Below are positions 25,827-37,358 of a stretch of 64,000 bases of DNA, piece after piece. The notes beneath the pieces are model-generated. The model was not told the origin of the DNA. It made no database searches and worked only from the letters and a program-made list of their open reading frames with translations. Source of the stretch: Eledone cirrhosa. Lineage: Eukaryota. The stretch lies in assembly GCA_964016885.1 (NCBI GenBank), contig OZ024743.1, positions 171,678,001 through 171,742,000 on the forward strand, given 5' to 3'. Position numbers and translations under genes: made by a program. The first letter of the stretch is position 1, and every line of letters begins with the position of its first letter.

Positions 25827-25964
25827 TCATTATTTCTGAAGACAGCATATATATGTGTAGGTATGTATATTCCCTCTGATAGTTTGTAAAATTTTTACAT
25901 AGATCTATATGATATACATACCAACACACACATATATATCCTAGAAACGATCGTAAAATGATGA
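25827..25964 (+). ncRNA. Hammerhead motif with long stem II (mirror copy at 21755-21892 minus)
   Basis: tcattattt-CTGAAGA-~100 nt-GAAA-cgatcg-TA-aaatgatga. Confidence 0.7.
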
Positions 25965-26089
25965 ATTTTTTAATATAAGGAACTGTTTCTTTATTTTTAG
26001 TCATTGTTTTTATTAATTTATCTTGACTCTGTTTTCCTGTGATTTTCATCGAAAACATTTTTGAATACATCTTTTCTTTTCATGATATT

Positions 26090-26228
<139 letters not shown>

Positions 26229-26427
26229 GTAAGTATGTATACGTACATACACAAATGTATACATGCGTACAGCAGTATGTATATACATACATGCACACAT
26301 GCATGTACGTATGGGTTTATCGAACATTTATTATAATGTTCGGTTTGTTTGTAAACAAACAGCCCGAATTAAGCCGTACAGTGTTCGGCAACCATCGTTG
26401 CAATTTTGTTCAACACTGACAAAGGAA

Positions 26428-26468
26428 CGATGGACTAGTTTCGAGCTTCTTAGCTGTCATCAGCATCG
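26428..26468 (-). ncRNA. Minimal hammerhead ribozyme motif
   Basis: cgatg-CTGATGA-c agct aaga agct c-GAAA-ctag-TC-catcg. Confidence 0.7.
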
Positions 26469-26856
26469 TATACCTTCCTGTCAGATGATTGAACGTTTGA
26501 AAGTATATACTTTCCTTATGCATATTAACGGCTGAGCAGCTTAATTTGCATATCGAGTGAGTTAGTCGGCCCATACGTACGCATATATATGTGTGCATGT
26601 ATGTATGTATATACATACTGCTGTAGGTCTGTATACATATATGTATGTACGTATACATACTTATATTTAAGTGTCAGCCGTACTAAGAGTGAGAAATTAA
26701 ATTTCATTATTTCCATTTATCGTTTTCGGTGCGCCCGGCCGACTAACTCACTCGATATGCAAATTAGGCTGCTCAGCCGTTAATATGCATAAGGAAAGTA
26801 TATACTTTCAAACGTTCAATCATCTGACAGGAAGGTATACGGTGCTGATGATAGCT
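26452..26856. mobile_element. Small fold-back PLE remnant (arms 26452-26571 / 26737-26856)
   Basis: ~120-bp inverted repeat containing the CTGATGA core. Confidence 0.7.
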
Positions 26857-27078
26857 CTGTAGAACACTGGTTTAACCGCTTAACTTCCCTCCGAAGAAGA
26901 GATATTATCTCGAAAATTAAGGACATTTAAATAAATCTAAGGTAAAAGACTAATTGTCAACAATATATTTTGCATTTGCATTTTTTTTTATTCTATGTCC
27001 ATATCTGCATTGTTTGGCTTTACAAATTCAAACGTTTATACCTCATTACACAATGCTTCAAGTGAACTATAACTTCCT

Positions 27079-27132
<54 letters not shown>

Positions 27133-27288
27133 AATATATACACATACAACAATAACTTTTCACTCCTCCCGTTTTCCCCTCTTTATATATATGTTGTGAC
27201 GAAGAGGCAGAGGGAGAATCAGATTTTCTTTTACTCCATCGATAGATTGAAAGAAATGGGTTATTTTGTTCATATATGTGTAATATTA

Positions 27289-27414
27289 TTACGGTTTGAG
27301 TTCAAATCCCGTCGAGGTTAACTTTGCCTTTCATCCTTACGGGGTCGATAAAATAAAGTACCAGTATTGCACTGGGTAATTGTTGGCCTTGTGCCAAAGG
27401 TAGAAACAATTATT
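27289..27414 (+). mobile_element. 5'-truncated Nin-domain SINE with a 3' extension to ~27446
   Basis: B box gagttcaaatcc, Nin core, 3' hairpin, attatt end. Confidence 0.8.
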
Positions 27415-27481
27415 TCTGTTGTCTGACTTTTGGTTGTCGCTTTATTATATATAACAATCTCGTGTACAAATCAGGCTGTGG

Positions 27482-27636
27482 TACGAATGTCGGCTGAAAA
27501 GTTCATAGGCTGTGAAATCTTGCATGCATTGATTTTAACTTTTCTGCGTTGTTTCTTTCCAGGAACTATTAAAAAAAATAAAACTCATTTGGTCATTCCA
27601 TGAGAGTATCATGGTCAGGCTATGAACTTGCTAGCT
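27482..27636. mobile_element. Possible mariner-derived MITE remnant
   Basis: tacgaatgtcggctgaaaagttcataggctg resembles a mariner TIR; partial inverted counterpart caggctatgaactt at ~27616-27629. Confidence 0.35.
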
Positions 27637-27654
27637 CTTCACACACACACACAC

Positions 27655-27810
<156 letters not shown>

Positions 27811-27931
27811 TCGTCAGGTCTCAACCTCTAACAGTTTAGACAAATTAATGAGACTACTGCAGGGGATAGGAAGCTCGTAACGGAGAATCAAATATCTTCG
27901 TTCATATATTGTTTGCGTTTGGACAGGCTAG

Positions 27932-28023
<92 letters not shown>

Positions 28024-28382
28024 AGAGAGAGAGAGATGAAGCGCGTCTGATCGACTCCCAAGCAGTCGCGAGAAAGGAAGGCTGTTGGCATCAGTAAGGT
28101 GTGAAAAAGGAAAAAAAGGAAAACAGTGCTCAATCGTCAAGGGAGCAGAAATATTATATTATATATGTATGTTCATACACCGAACGAAAGCGCTACCCAA
28201 TGTTTCGAGGCGCAATATTGAGATATTGACCACACTTCCTATATATATATTCGATCATTAATAGATCGTTCCTCAAGCTGATCGATAGTGAAACATAAGT
28301 AATATGTAATTAAATATGTATATGATTCAACACTGATTCTTTGTTCCCTTATCTATTAATACTACATATATATACTTCGTTT

Positions 28383-28450
<68 letters not shown>

Positions 28451-28505
28451 ATCTTCGCTCTACATGACTGAATACAATAAATGTAATCTGAGTTTTTCGA
28501 ATATT

Positions 28506-28697
28506 AATAATTGTTTCTACTTTTGGCACGAGGCCAGCAATTACCCAGTGCATTACTGGTACTTTATTTTATCGACCCCGTAAGGATGAAAAGCAAAGTT
28601 AATCTCGACGGGATTTGAACTCAGACCGTAAAGGGACGTAACTATGCTGGAAAGCATGGCGTCCGACCCTCTACTGATACTGTCAATTCACCGCCCT
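28506..28697 (-). mobile_element. Full-length tRNA-headed Nin-domain SINE (~190 bp)
   Basis: Starts agggcggtga.., A-box-like tgacagtatcag, B box gagttcaaatcc (28611-28622), Nin core, hairpin, attatt; inserted at taataat, absent from the second pLTR unit. Confidence 0.85.
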
Positions 28698-28812
28698 AAT
28701 TAATAATAACATTCGATTCGTTTGCAATTATGCAAACAAGCCTCATTTTTAAAGCCATGTCAGTAGGATGAACAACTTCATTCTTGCTCTTGTTTTGGCA
28801 TGTAATCAGAAT

Positions 28813-28854
28813 TGCAGACACTAATGTTTCTGGGTATCACCCTTCATCAGTACA
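28813..28854 (-). ncRNA. Minimal hammerhead ribozyme motif
   Basis: tgta-CTGATGA-a gggt gat accc a-GAAA-ca ttag tg-TC-tgca. Confidence 0.65.
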
Positions 28855-29379
28855 GCTCACTGTTCACCTGCCAACTGTCAGAGCTAGTGAAAATATATGC
28901 TATTTTCTAAAATATACAGTGACTGATCGCCCTGATTTGCGTATATCAGCAGCCTGGCCAGTCAGTTTCCTGTATACGAGAGATCATTCAAATAAAAAAT
29001 AAAAAAAGCGATCATTCAAATAAAAAATTAAAAAACGGTTTTCGCTCTACCTGGCTGAATACAATAAATGTAATCTGAGTTCTTCGAAGAGTAATAATAA
29101 CATTCGATTCGTTTGCAATTATGCAAACAAGCTTAATTTTTAAAGCCATCTCAGTAGAATGAACAACTTCATTCTTGCTCTTGTATTGGCATGTAAACAG
29201 AACTGCAGACACTAATGCTTCTGGGTATCACCCTTCATCAGTACAGCTCACTGTTCACCTGGCAACTGTCAGAGCTAGTGAAAATATATGCTATTTTCTA
29301 ACATATACAGTGACTGATCGCCCTGATTTGCATAATTGCAAATGAATCGAATGTTATTATTAATATTCGAAAAACTCAG

Positions 29380-29458
<79 letters not shown>

Positions 29459-29584
29459 GTATGTATTTCTTTTAGGTTTGGTGGTTAATGATATCACTGG
29501 ATTCATACTGAACCCGGACATTGAAATGTTCAAAGTATAATAAACCTTTAAGGAATTACACCAGTCCAGCCTCCTGTTATTTTA

Positions 29585-29621
<37 letters not shown>

Positions 29622-29637
29622 AAAATAAACGAACATG

Positions 29638-29670
<33 letters not shown>

Positions 29671-31255
29671 GTCGCAAATCGAGGAAGTCGGCACCTTACT
29701 AAAGGAATACGAAAGTCTCACAGGAGCGAAGCTGAACCGGGACAAGTCCATCGGTTTGCAACTCGGATCGTGGAGAGGCAGACCGATGCCTTCCGATGGC
29801 GTCGTCGGACGCTGGACGGAAGGACCGGTAAAGCTGCTCGGGGTCTGGTTTGGTCCGGACCTCCAGGTGGAGAAGAACTGGAACGAAGTGACGGCCAAGG
29901 TGTTTGCACTCACCCAGAAGTGGGCCGAGTGCAAACTATCCTTGAAAGGTCGAGCGGAGGTGGCGAACACTTTTATAGCGTCCGCCATCTACTACCGCTT
30001 GACCGTCGTGCCTTGTCCAGCCAAAACGCTCGCCAAAATGGAGCGCGCCCTCTTCCGATTCCTTTGGAAGAGGCGGGCTCCTTTGGTAAGAAGATCCATC
30101 TGCTGCCAACACCCTTCTAACGGAGGGCTGGGGATGCCGTGGTTGACGATGCGCAAACACGCGCTCAGGCTGCGGCATCTCTACGTATTCCTCACCGGAC
30201 AACCGGTGTGGGCCCCGTTCGTGAGGCGAGCCTTCCCACGACTCGTCTCACTGACCGAGCTGCAGTCCTGGGTCAAGCAGAGACCGAGGAAAATGGGCGA
30301 CTGGCACATCGAATGTGCTCAGGCGCTCACAGCCCTCTGGCAGGCGGACCCGGCGATCAGTGGAGACTCCACTTCGTCATTCTATAGAGGGTTGGTCCGC
30401 AGCAAGTGCGACGACGCGCTCGGTGAAACTCTAGGCGTGGAGGAAAATGAACTGGCCAGTCTGTTCGGTAGGACCTTCCGCCCGGGACCGATGGACAACT
30501 TCCAAAAGTCCCTGGCCTGGCAGTGCTACCGAGGAGCTCTACCAGTTCGAGACAAGCTCTACAGACATGGGCGCCCGGGCAGGGACCCTGCAAAAAAGAT
30601 CTGTCCGAGGTGCGTGCGAGACGAAGAAACCGTCGCGCACGCATTCATACACTGCCCGGGCGTCACTGACCTGTGGGGATATGTAGAACGACTATTGTCG
30701 CGGGTGGGACCAATCCAGTTGACCACCGAGTCCATTGTCATGATCAAACCGCCACCCTCCTTCAAAAACGAAGGAGAGGCGGTTTTCCTTTGTGTGATAG
30801 CTATGGCGAAAGAGGTTGTATGGTGGACAAGGTTGAAAGGGCTGAGGTCAGACACCTTTCTCTCCGGCCAACAACTGATTCTTTTTTTCAAATACCACTT
30901 TGGAAGAAGAATCAGGATGGAGAGAGAGGTGCTGTACCCCAGCAAGTTTTATGAAAGGTGGGTGAAAGTGGCGAGAATGGCCCGAGTGAATGGGCCTTCT
31001 CTCTATATCAGCCTGTAGATTGAGGAAAAGGAGGAGGAGAGGAAAGGAGTACAAGCTCTTCGTACTCCTGGAGATGAGGGTTGCACATTTTTTTCGGGGG
31101 TATGTGTTACCCATATAAACTGTCTCCCTCTATTGGGGAAAATCGACTAACTTTTAAATTCCATCTGTGATAACATTTTACACGTTTTTATTGTATGTAA
31201 ACTTCCCCCTTTGTATTTGTCCCCTTCTTTTGTGCCCCTGTGGCTAATAAAGAAA
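29671..31255 (+). mobile_element. 5'-truncated Tx1 family B copy in (TATC)n
   Basis: Open ORF2 C-terminal half to 31018; nearly identical to 41550-43124; (TATC)n at 29638-29670 and 31258-31318. Confidence 0.92.
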
Positions 31256-31257
31256 TA

Positions 31258-31318
<61 letters not shown>
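31258..31318. repeat. (TATC)n spacer of the Tx1 array
   Basis: direct reading. Confidence 0.95.
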
Positions 31319-31554
31319 CTCAATCTAGCTGTCGCCTGTTCTACAGTGTGGATGTAATTCACTTCGCGCAGAAGTTTTGTTCAAATTTATTGCGGAAATT
31401 TTGTGAGTTCAAATTTAATTTTGATACAATTGTGTAGCTTGACCCCCCGTCTGAACTGTCAGGCGGTGGGTCAGCTCATCTTTACCCCTCCTAGAGGTGA
31501 AAAACCTGTTTTAAAAAATTTTGTGGCAAAAAAAATTTCAATCGTCTAACAGAA

Positions 31555-33447
31555 ATGTTAAACGCAGCGAACGAAAATAGTGGTGGGGGGACAGCGGTAA
31601 GAGTTGTAAGCTCGCACGCTTTAGTTCCCCCTTCCTTCCCAACTAACGTCATAGAGAAGGAAGGAAAAATTAAAATAAAAACAGACGAATCTGCGGAGAA
31701 TAAAAATGACGAAAACACAAATCTGGACATGGATTCCAACAACGAAAAAAAAAAATTTGAAAAATTGCATGACAATACTAATAACACAAACAAAGACACA
31801 ACAAACACAAAAATAACATTTGAAAATAACACCATAACAGAAAGCAAAGCAGACGACAAGATTTCATTTGCACAGAAAACAAAGAAATCTTTGACTTATA
31901 TACCGGAAAATATTTCAGATGTGGCACGACGAATCACAGACGCCAAACAATACATAAGTGAAGGAGAGAATGGTATTTTATCGGTAAAAATGCCTCAAGA
32001 ATTCACCAAAGACATTGAAATCCGAACGGTCAAGTTTCGGACCATCAACAACAGTACAAAAAAACCTGAACAGCCTTCTCAAGCAGATATCAAAACAGTA
32101 CTCACAGAAGTACTTAATGAAACCACTTTCATAAGAAAAGACAGACTGTATGGAAGCCTAGCAATTATCATGAAGAACGAATCGGCGGCAAAAAAATGTG
32201 CTTTGTCACCGATTCGTTCGAAAAATTTTACCTTTTATCCATCTTATATGGGTAAAAGAACTCAACGCATATGGCTGGATGCAATGATGCCAGATGTGGA
32301 CTACTGCTGGCTCATAGCTGGCTTCATCGATCCAGTGAATGACAACGTGATTTCCATTGGGAAAACCACAGGCAATGCGTTCAGTGGAACAGGTATAGAG
32401 CTGGTAGTGCAAATGAAGCCTGAACGCATCGCCCAAATACCCGACAGAATCCTATTAGAGGACCACGGGTATATAAACATTAGCGTGGAGGGGAGAAGGC
32501 CGTCCTGCCATATCTGTGCAGGCAGAGGGCACCTGAAGGCCGCTTGTCCCCAACTCAACAAAAAGAAAACCCTGCTACCAACACCAGCTCCACCACCACA
32601 ACAGATAAACAAACAACAAAACTCAGTCCCACCCAACCCGTCCCTCAGTAAAACCACACCACCACCACAACACAAACAGTCACAACACATTACCCCAAAA
32701 CACAATACAGGCTCACCCAACCTCTCACTCAATAAAACAACACAACCACCGCAGACACAACACACAACACAGTCTAACATAGTGACATCCATCTCCCCCA
32801 CAAAGAAAACCAACACGGAAACATTACCAGCAAACATACCTCTTCCCTCCAACACTGAAGATAACCCAACGAATTCGGAGGAAGAAACGGAGTCCTTCAG
32901 ACAGATTAAAAGGAAAAAAAGAAAACATGTGCAAAACACACAAGGCCAAACAACCCCCACCCAAATCTCAACACAATCCAACAAAACAGAAAACACCCCT
33001 CCAGCAACAAACAAAACCAAACCTGCCCCTCCCCTCTTCGAAACACTCACACCATCCGAAAAAAAGACATTACACTATACTTACATCAACAGAAACAATA
33101 ATAAATTAAATTAACTCATATACAATAATCCTTCGGTACAAACCGAAGGTGTAAACGTTGTTTCTTCAGAAAACTACCCACATTTAAAATTAATAAAGAT
33201 CCCAATGAACCTCTACCAAAAACTAAAAAAGGATGTTAAGGAGGACGTAGGACGACCCTCTGTCAAACCCATAAACCGCGTCCTACTAAAAAGCTTTCCC
33301 CCTCCCCTTCCCCTCCCCAACACAACTCCAAACACCCCAACCCCACCACACACTGACGACCCCACACCACCACAAGACACCCCTTCACCCAACACCCCCG
33401 ACCCCATGGAAGTCGTGCAACCCGAACCCCGGGAAGCGGAAAGGTAG
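31555..33447 (+). pseudogene. Tx1 ORF1 (gag-like; CCHC knuckle, P/T-rich linker) with one premature TAA at 33112-33114
   Basis: CHICAGRGHLKAAC; ORF 33205-33447 is in the same frame and matches the family B C-terminus. Confidence 0.85.
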
Positions 33448-33480
33448 GTCTCTACACTCTCCTTTGGCTCTGCCGCCCAC

Positions 33481-36400
33481 ATGGATGTGTTAAGAGTAGG
33501 ATGTTTGAATGCACGTGGCCTGGGCTCAACTTGGAAGCAAGCAAAGCTTCTAAATGACCTCAGGTCATGTAGTATAAATGTAATGGTTATCTGTGAGACT
33601 CGAACCAGCGTCGTGCGGCAGCTGGCCCCCACCTTCGATGACTTTGAGGTGCATGCATCTCTCTGTCAACCTGGAGGTGGGGATGGGGTTGTCGTACTGC
33701 TGCAAAAACACCTGGGTCTTGCCGTACAGGTTGTGCACTCGGACCCGGAGGGTCGTTTGTTGGTGCTAGACGTTGGCAGTAGTGAAAGTGCGGCCTTGAG
33801 ACTGGTCGCCGTCTACTCCCCTTTCGGAGCTGAACGGCCCGACTTCTTCCAGCGTTTGGAGACTTTTCTGGGAACGTCGCCTTCCTTGCTTCTAGCGGGG
33901 GATTGGAATGACATCCTAGATGCACGTTGGGACTATGCAGGAGCATGTCCTAATATACGGGGGTGTAACAGCCTCAAGGTGTTACTCGACCGTTTTAACT
34001 TGGTCGATAGATATCGACTAGATTTTCCAACTGTGTCTACCTGGACTTGGAGAAACCACAGTGGTCAATCTAGATCGTACTTAGATAGATTCTTAGTTAG
34101 AAGTAAGGATAGGGACATATTAAGCTGTCCAGAAATGCGCACGGTTGGCTACACGGATCACAAATTAGTGACCTGCGTAGTCAATCTCGAGAAAACACAT
34201 AAACAGGGTCCCGGTTACTGGAAACTTAATTTGTCTTTACCGGCAAGAGAGACTTACAGAAACCAGATTAGCAGATTAGTTAAGGAGAGGTTGACAGGTG
34301 CAATCGTCAACAACCGATGGTGGGCATCTCTCAAAAGAGAGATTAGAACAGAATCAATAAGTTATAGCAAGATGTTAGCTGCCGATAGGAATAGAAACGA
34401 GAAAGAATTAACAGGTAAATTAGAAGAGGCAATCAAGAGCGAAGATGTGGCCAGAGTGCTGGCATCGAGGACGGCCTTGAACCAGTTTTTCGATGCAAAG
34501 CACGAAGGCTGCGTCATTCGAAGTAAAATACGTGCTCTAGGTAATGAGGGGGCCAAAGCCGTTGGCTGGGCCCGCGTGACAGAAGCTAAGAGTGGAAATC
34601 GATCCACCATCCGGTCGTTGCAAGACGAAGATGGACGGGTGATCCGGGAGCCTAAGCAGATGTGCGAGGCCTTTCAAAGGCACTTTGCCCGATTGTTCGG
34701 GGGAGGCGAGGGTCCGGGCGGGGCGTGGATTTCGGTCCATACCTCGACGGCCTGCCGCGTCTCTCGAGCGAAGAGGCAGAGTCCTGCGAGGGACCAATCT
34801 CGGCTGATGAGATCGGAGATGCGCTGAGCCAATGCAGCAGACGCAAATCTCCAGGTCTCGATGGTATACCTTACGAACTTTATTTAACAATGCTGGTCTT
34901 CTTCTCCGAACCCCTCGAAGCGGTCTACTGCAATTGGCAGCAGAACGGGAGAATTCCTTGTTCTGTAGCCAAGGGCGTAGTCACGCTGGTGAGGAAGGAC
35001 GAGAACAAGGGAGATAGTATAAATAATTTTCGGCCCATAACCCTGCTAAACACAGAGTTAAAGATTTTGGCCAAGGTGTTAGCAAAGAGGTTGGCGCTTG
35101 TCGTGGGTGGCCTGGTGGGAGATGCGCAGACATGTGCTATCCCATCTAGGTCCATTCACGATAACCTCCACCTCATGCGATACATCATAGAGAGGGTTGG
35201 CAACAAACCCGGATCAACTTGGATAAGTCTAAGGCCTTCGATAGGGTCGACCATGGTTACCTGGATGCGGTGCTAGCGGCGGCTGGGTTCGGTCCTGTTT
35301 TCAGAGGCTGGATCACTGCCTTACATAGCAACCACATCTGTTCTAGGATCAAGGTGAACGGCTACCTTTCGAAGCCGTTCGAAATCACACGATCCATTCG
35401 ACAGGGGTGCCCTCTCTCCTCCCTTCTGTACGTATTGACTCTCGAGCCTTTACTGAGGAAGTTGGAGTTGTTGCAGGGTATCCCCCTGGAACCAGGATTG
35501 AGAAAAGCGGTGTCGGCCTACGCCGATGACGTAACAGTAATGGTATCAACCGACTCGGAGATCGAGGCGATCGGTACCTTACTGGAGGAGTACGAAAGGT
35601 TGTCAGGAGCGAAACTGAACAGGGAAAAAATCCATCGGGCTGCAACTCGGAACGTGGAGAGGCAGACCGATGCCTCCTGACGGTGTCGTCGGACACTGGA
35701 CGGAGGGCCCGGTAAAGTTGCTTGGGGTCTGGTTTGGACCGGACCTCCAGGTGGAAAAGAACTGGAACGAGGTTACGAACAAGGTGTTTGCACTAACCCA
35801 GAAATGGGCCAAGTGTAAGCTGTCCCTAAAAGGCCGGGTGGAGGTGGCGAACATTTACATAGCGTCCGTCACTTACTACCGCCTGACTGTCGTGCCTTGC
35901 CCTAAGGAAACACTCACCACCATGGAACGCATGCTCTTCCAATTTCTTTGGAAGAAGCGCGCTCCTATGGTGAGAAGATCCATCTGCTGCCAACAACCTT
36001 CGAAAGGAGGGCTGGGGATGCCGTGGTTGATGATGCGTAGGAACGCATTAAGGCTACGGCACCTACATGTATTCCTCACTGGTCAACCGGTGTGGGCTCC
36101 GTTCGTGAAACGAGCCTTTCCGAGACTCGTCTCGCTCACCGAGCTACAGTCCTGGGTCAAGCAAAGATCCGGAAAACTGGGAGACTGGCACACTGAGTGT
36201 GCTCAGGCGCTCAGGGCTCTCTGGCAAGCGGGCCAGGCCATCGGTGGAGAATCCACCTCATCATTCTATAGAGGGATGGTGGCTAGCAGGGGCGATGACA
36301 CCCTTGGAGAGTCGCTGGACATGGAAGAAGACGAACTGGCCAGCCTGTTCGGTAGGACTTTCGGCCCAGGACCAATGGACAACTTCCAGAAGTCACTGGC

Positions 36401-36885
36401 CTGGCACTGCTACCGGGGGGCTCTACCCGTTCGAGAGAGGCTCTACAGACACGGGCGCAAAAAAGATTTGCCCTAGATGTGTGCGTCACGAAGAAACCGT
36501 TGCGCACGCATTGGTGCAATGTCCGGGCGTGGCTGATCTGTGGGGCTACGCCGAACGACTGCTGTCGCGGGTGGCGCCGATTAAATTGACCGCCGAGTCC
36601 GTGATGACAATCAAACCGCCTCCCCTCTTCACAAAGGAAGCAAAGGCGGTTTTTCTGTGCGTAATAGCCATGTTGAAAGAGGTTGTTTGGTGGACACGAT
36701 TGAAAGGTCTGAGGTCAGGCAACTTCCTCTCTGGCCATAGTCTGGTCTACTTCTTCCGATATCACTTCGGAAGAAGGATAAGAATGGAGAGAGAGGTGCT
36801 TGGCCACAGGCAGTTTTATGAAAGGTGGGTGATAGTGGCGAGAATGGCTCGTGTAAATGGGCCTTCTCTGTATACCATCCTGTAG
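33481..36885 (+). pseudogene. Tx1 ORF2 (APE endonuclease, RT, CCHC), about four frameshifts/deletions
   Basis: LNARGL, GDWN, SYLDRF, TDHKLV, KSPGLDG, FRPITLLN, KAFD, RQGCPLS, AYADD, CPRC..HALVQC. Confidence 0.92.
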
Positions 36886-37358
36886 GTAAAGAAGTAAAGG
36901 AGAGGGGAGCACCTTCTCCATGTGCTCCCCGGGCAAAGGATTGCACACTTTTTCGGGGGGGGGGGGGTGCAACCCCCATCACGTCCCCTCCCTTTTGAGG
37001 TTATTTTCGATTATTTTCATGTTACACCCTTTTTACTCGATTGTATGTAAATGTAAATTCCCCCTTTGTATTTGTCCCTTCTTTTTATGCCTTTATGGTA
37101 AATAAAGAAATATATCTATCTATCTATCTCTCTCTCTATCAGTCGTATGTCACTTCGCGGAGAAGTTTCCGTTAATTTATGTAAGAAAAAAACGTGAGTT
37201 TTTAGTTAAATTTTATATCATTGTGTAACTTGACCACCCGTCTGGACCTTCAGCTGGTGGGTCAACTCATTTTCGCCCCTTCAGGGGCGGAATATCCATT
37301 TAAAAAATGTTCCTCCATCGAATCTTGGAAAAAAATATTGTAAAATTTTGATTACGTT

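Larger units (their letters stand above)
28450..29383 (-). mobile_element. PLE remnant: two tandem pLTR units (28450-29005, 29040-29327) plus a short terminal inversion (29328-29383)
   Basis: Direct repeat; each unit has a hammerhead (28813-28854 intact core, 29204-29245 GAAA>GAAG); (TA)n and (CA)n flanks. Confidence 0.75.
31321..37110 (+). mobile_element. Full-length Tx1 family A LINE
   Basis: 5'UTR, ORF1, ORF2, 3'UTR, AATAAA, (TATC)n. Confidence 0.93.

Noticed and set aside
26888-26925. Further hammerhead-like strings (also ~28200-28280, 58547-58572, 61960-61990)
   Set aside because: Core or stems too degenerate to call
28611-28697. tRNA gene
   Set aside because: A/B boxes belong to the SINE head; no cloverleaf
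29588-29670. N-terminal extension of the 476-aa ORF
   Set aside because: Microsatellite read in frame upstream of a 5'-truncated ORF2
32301-33050. 249-aa antisense ORF and similar V/C/G-rich ORFs (7085-7507, 38569-38787)
   Set aside because: Antisense shadow of the A/C-rich ORF1 linker
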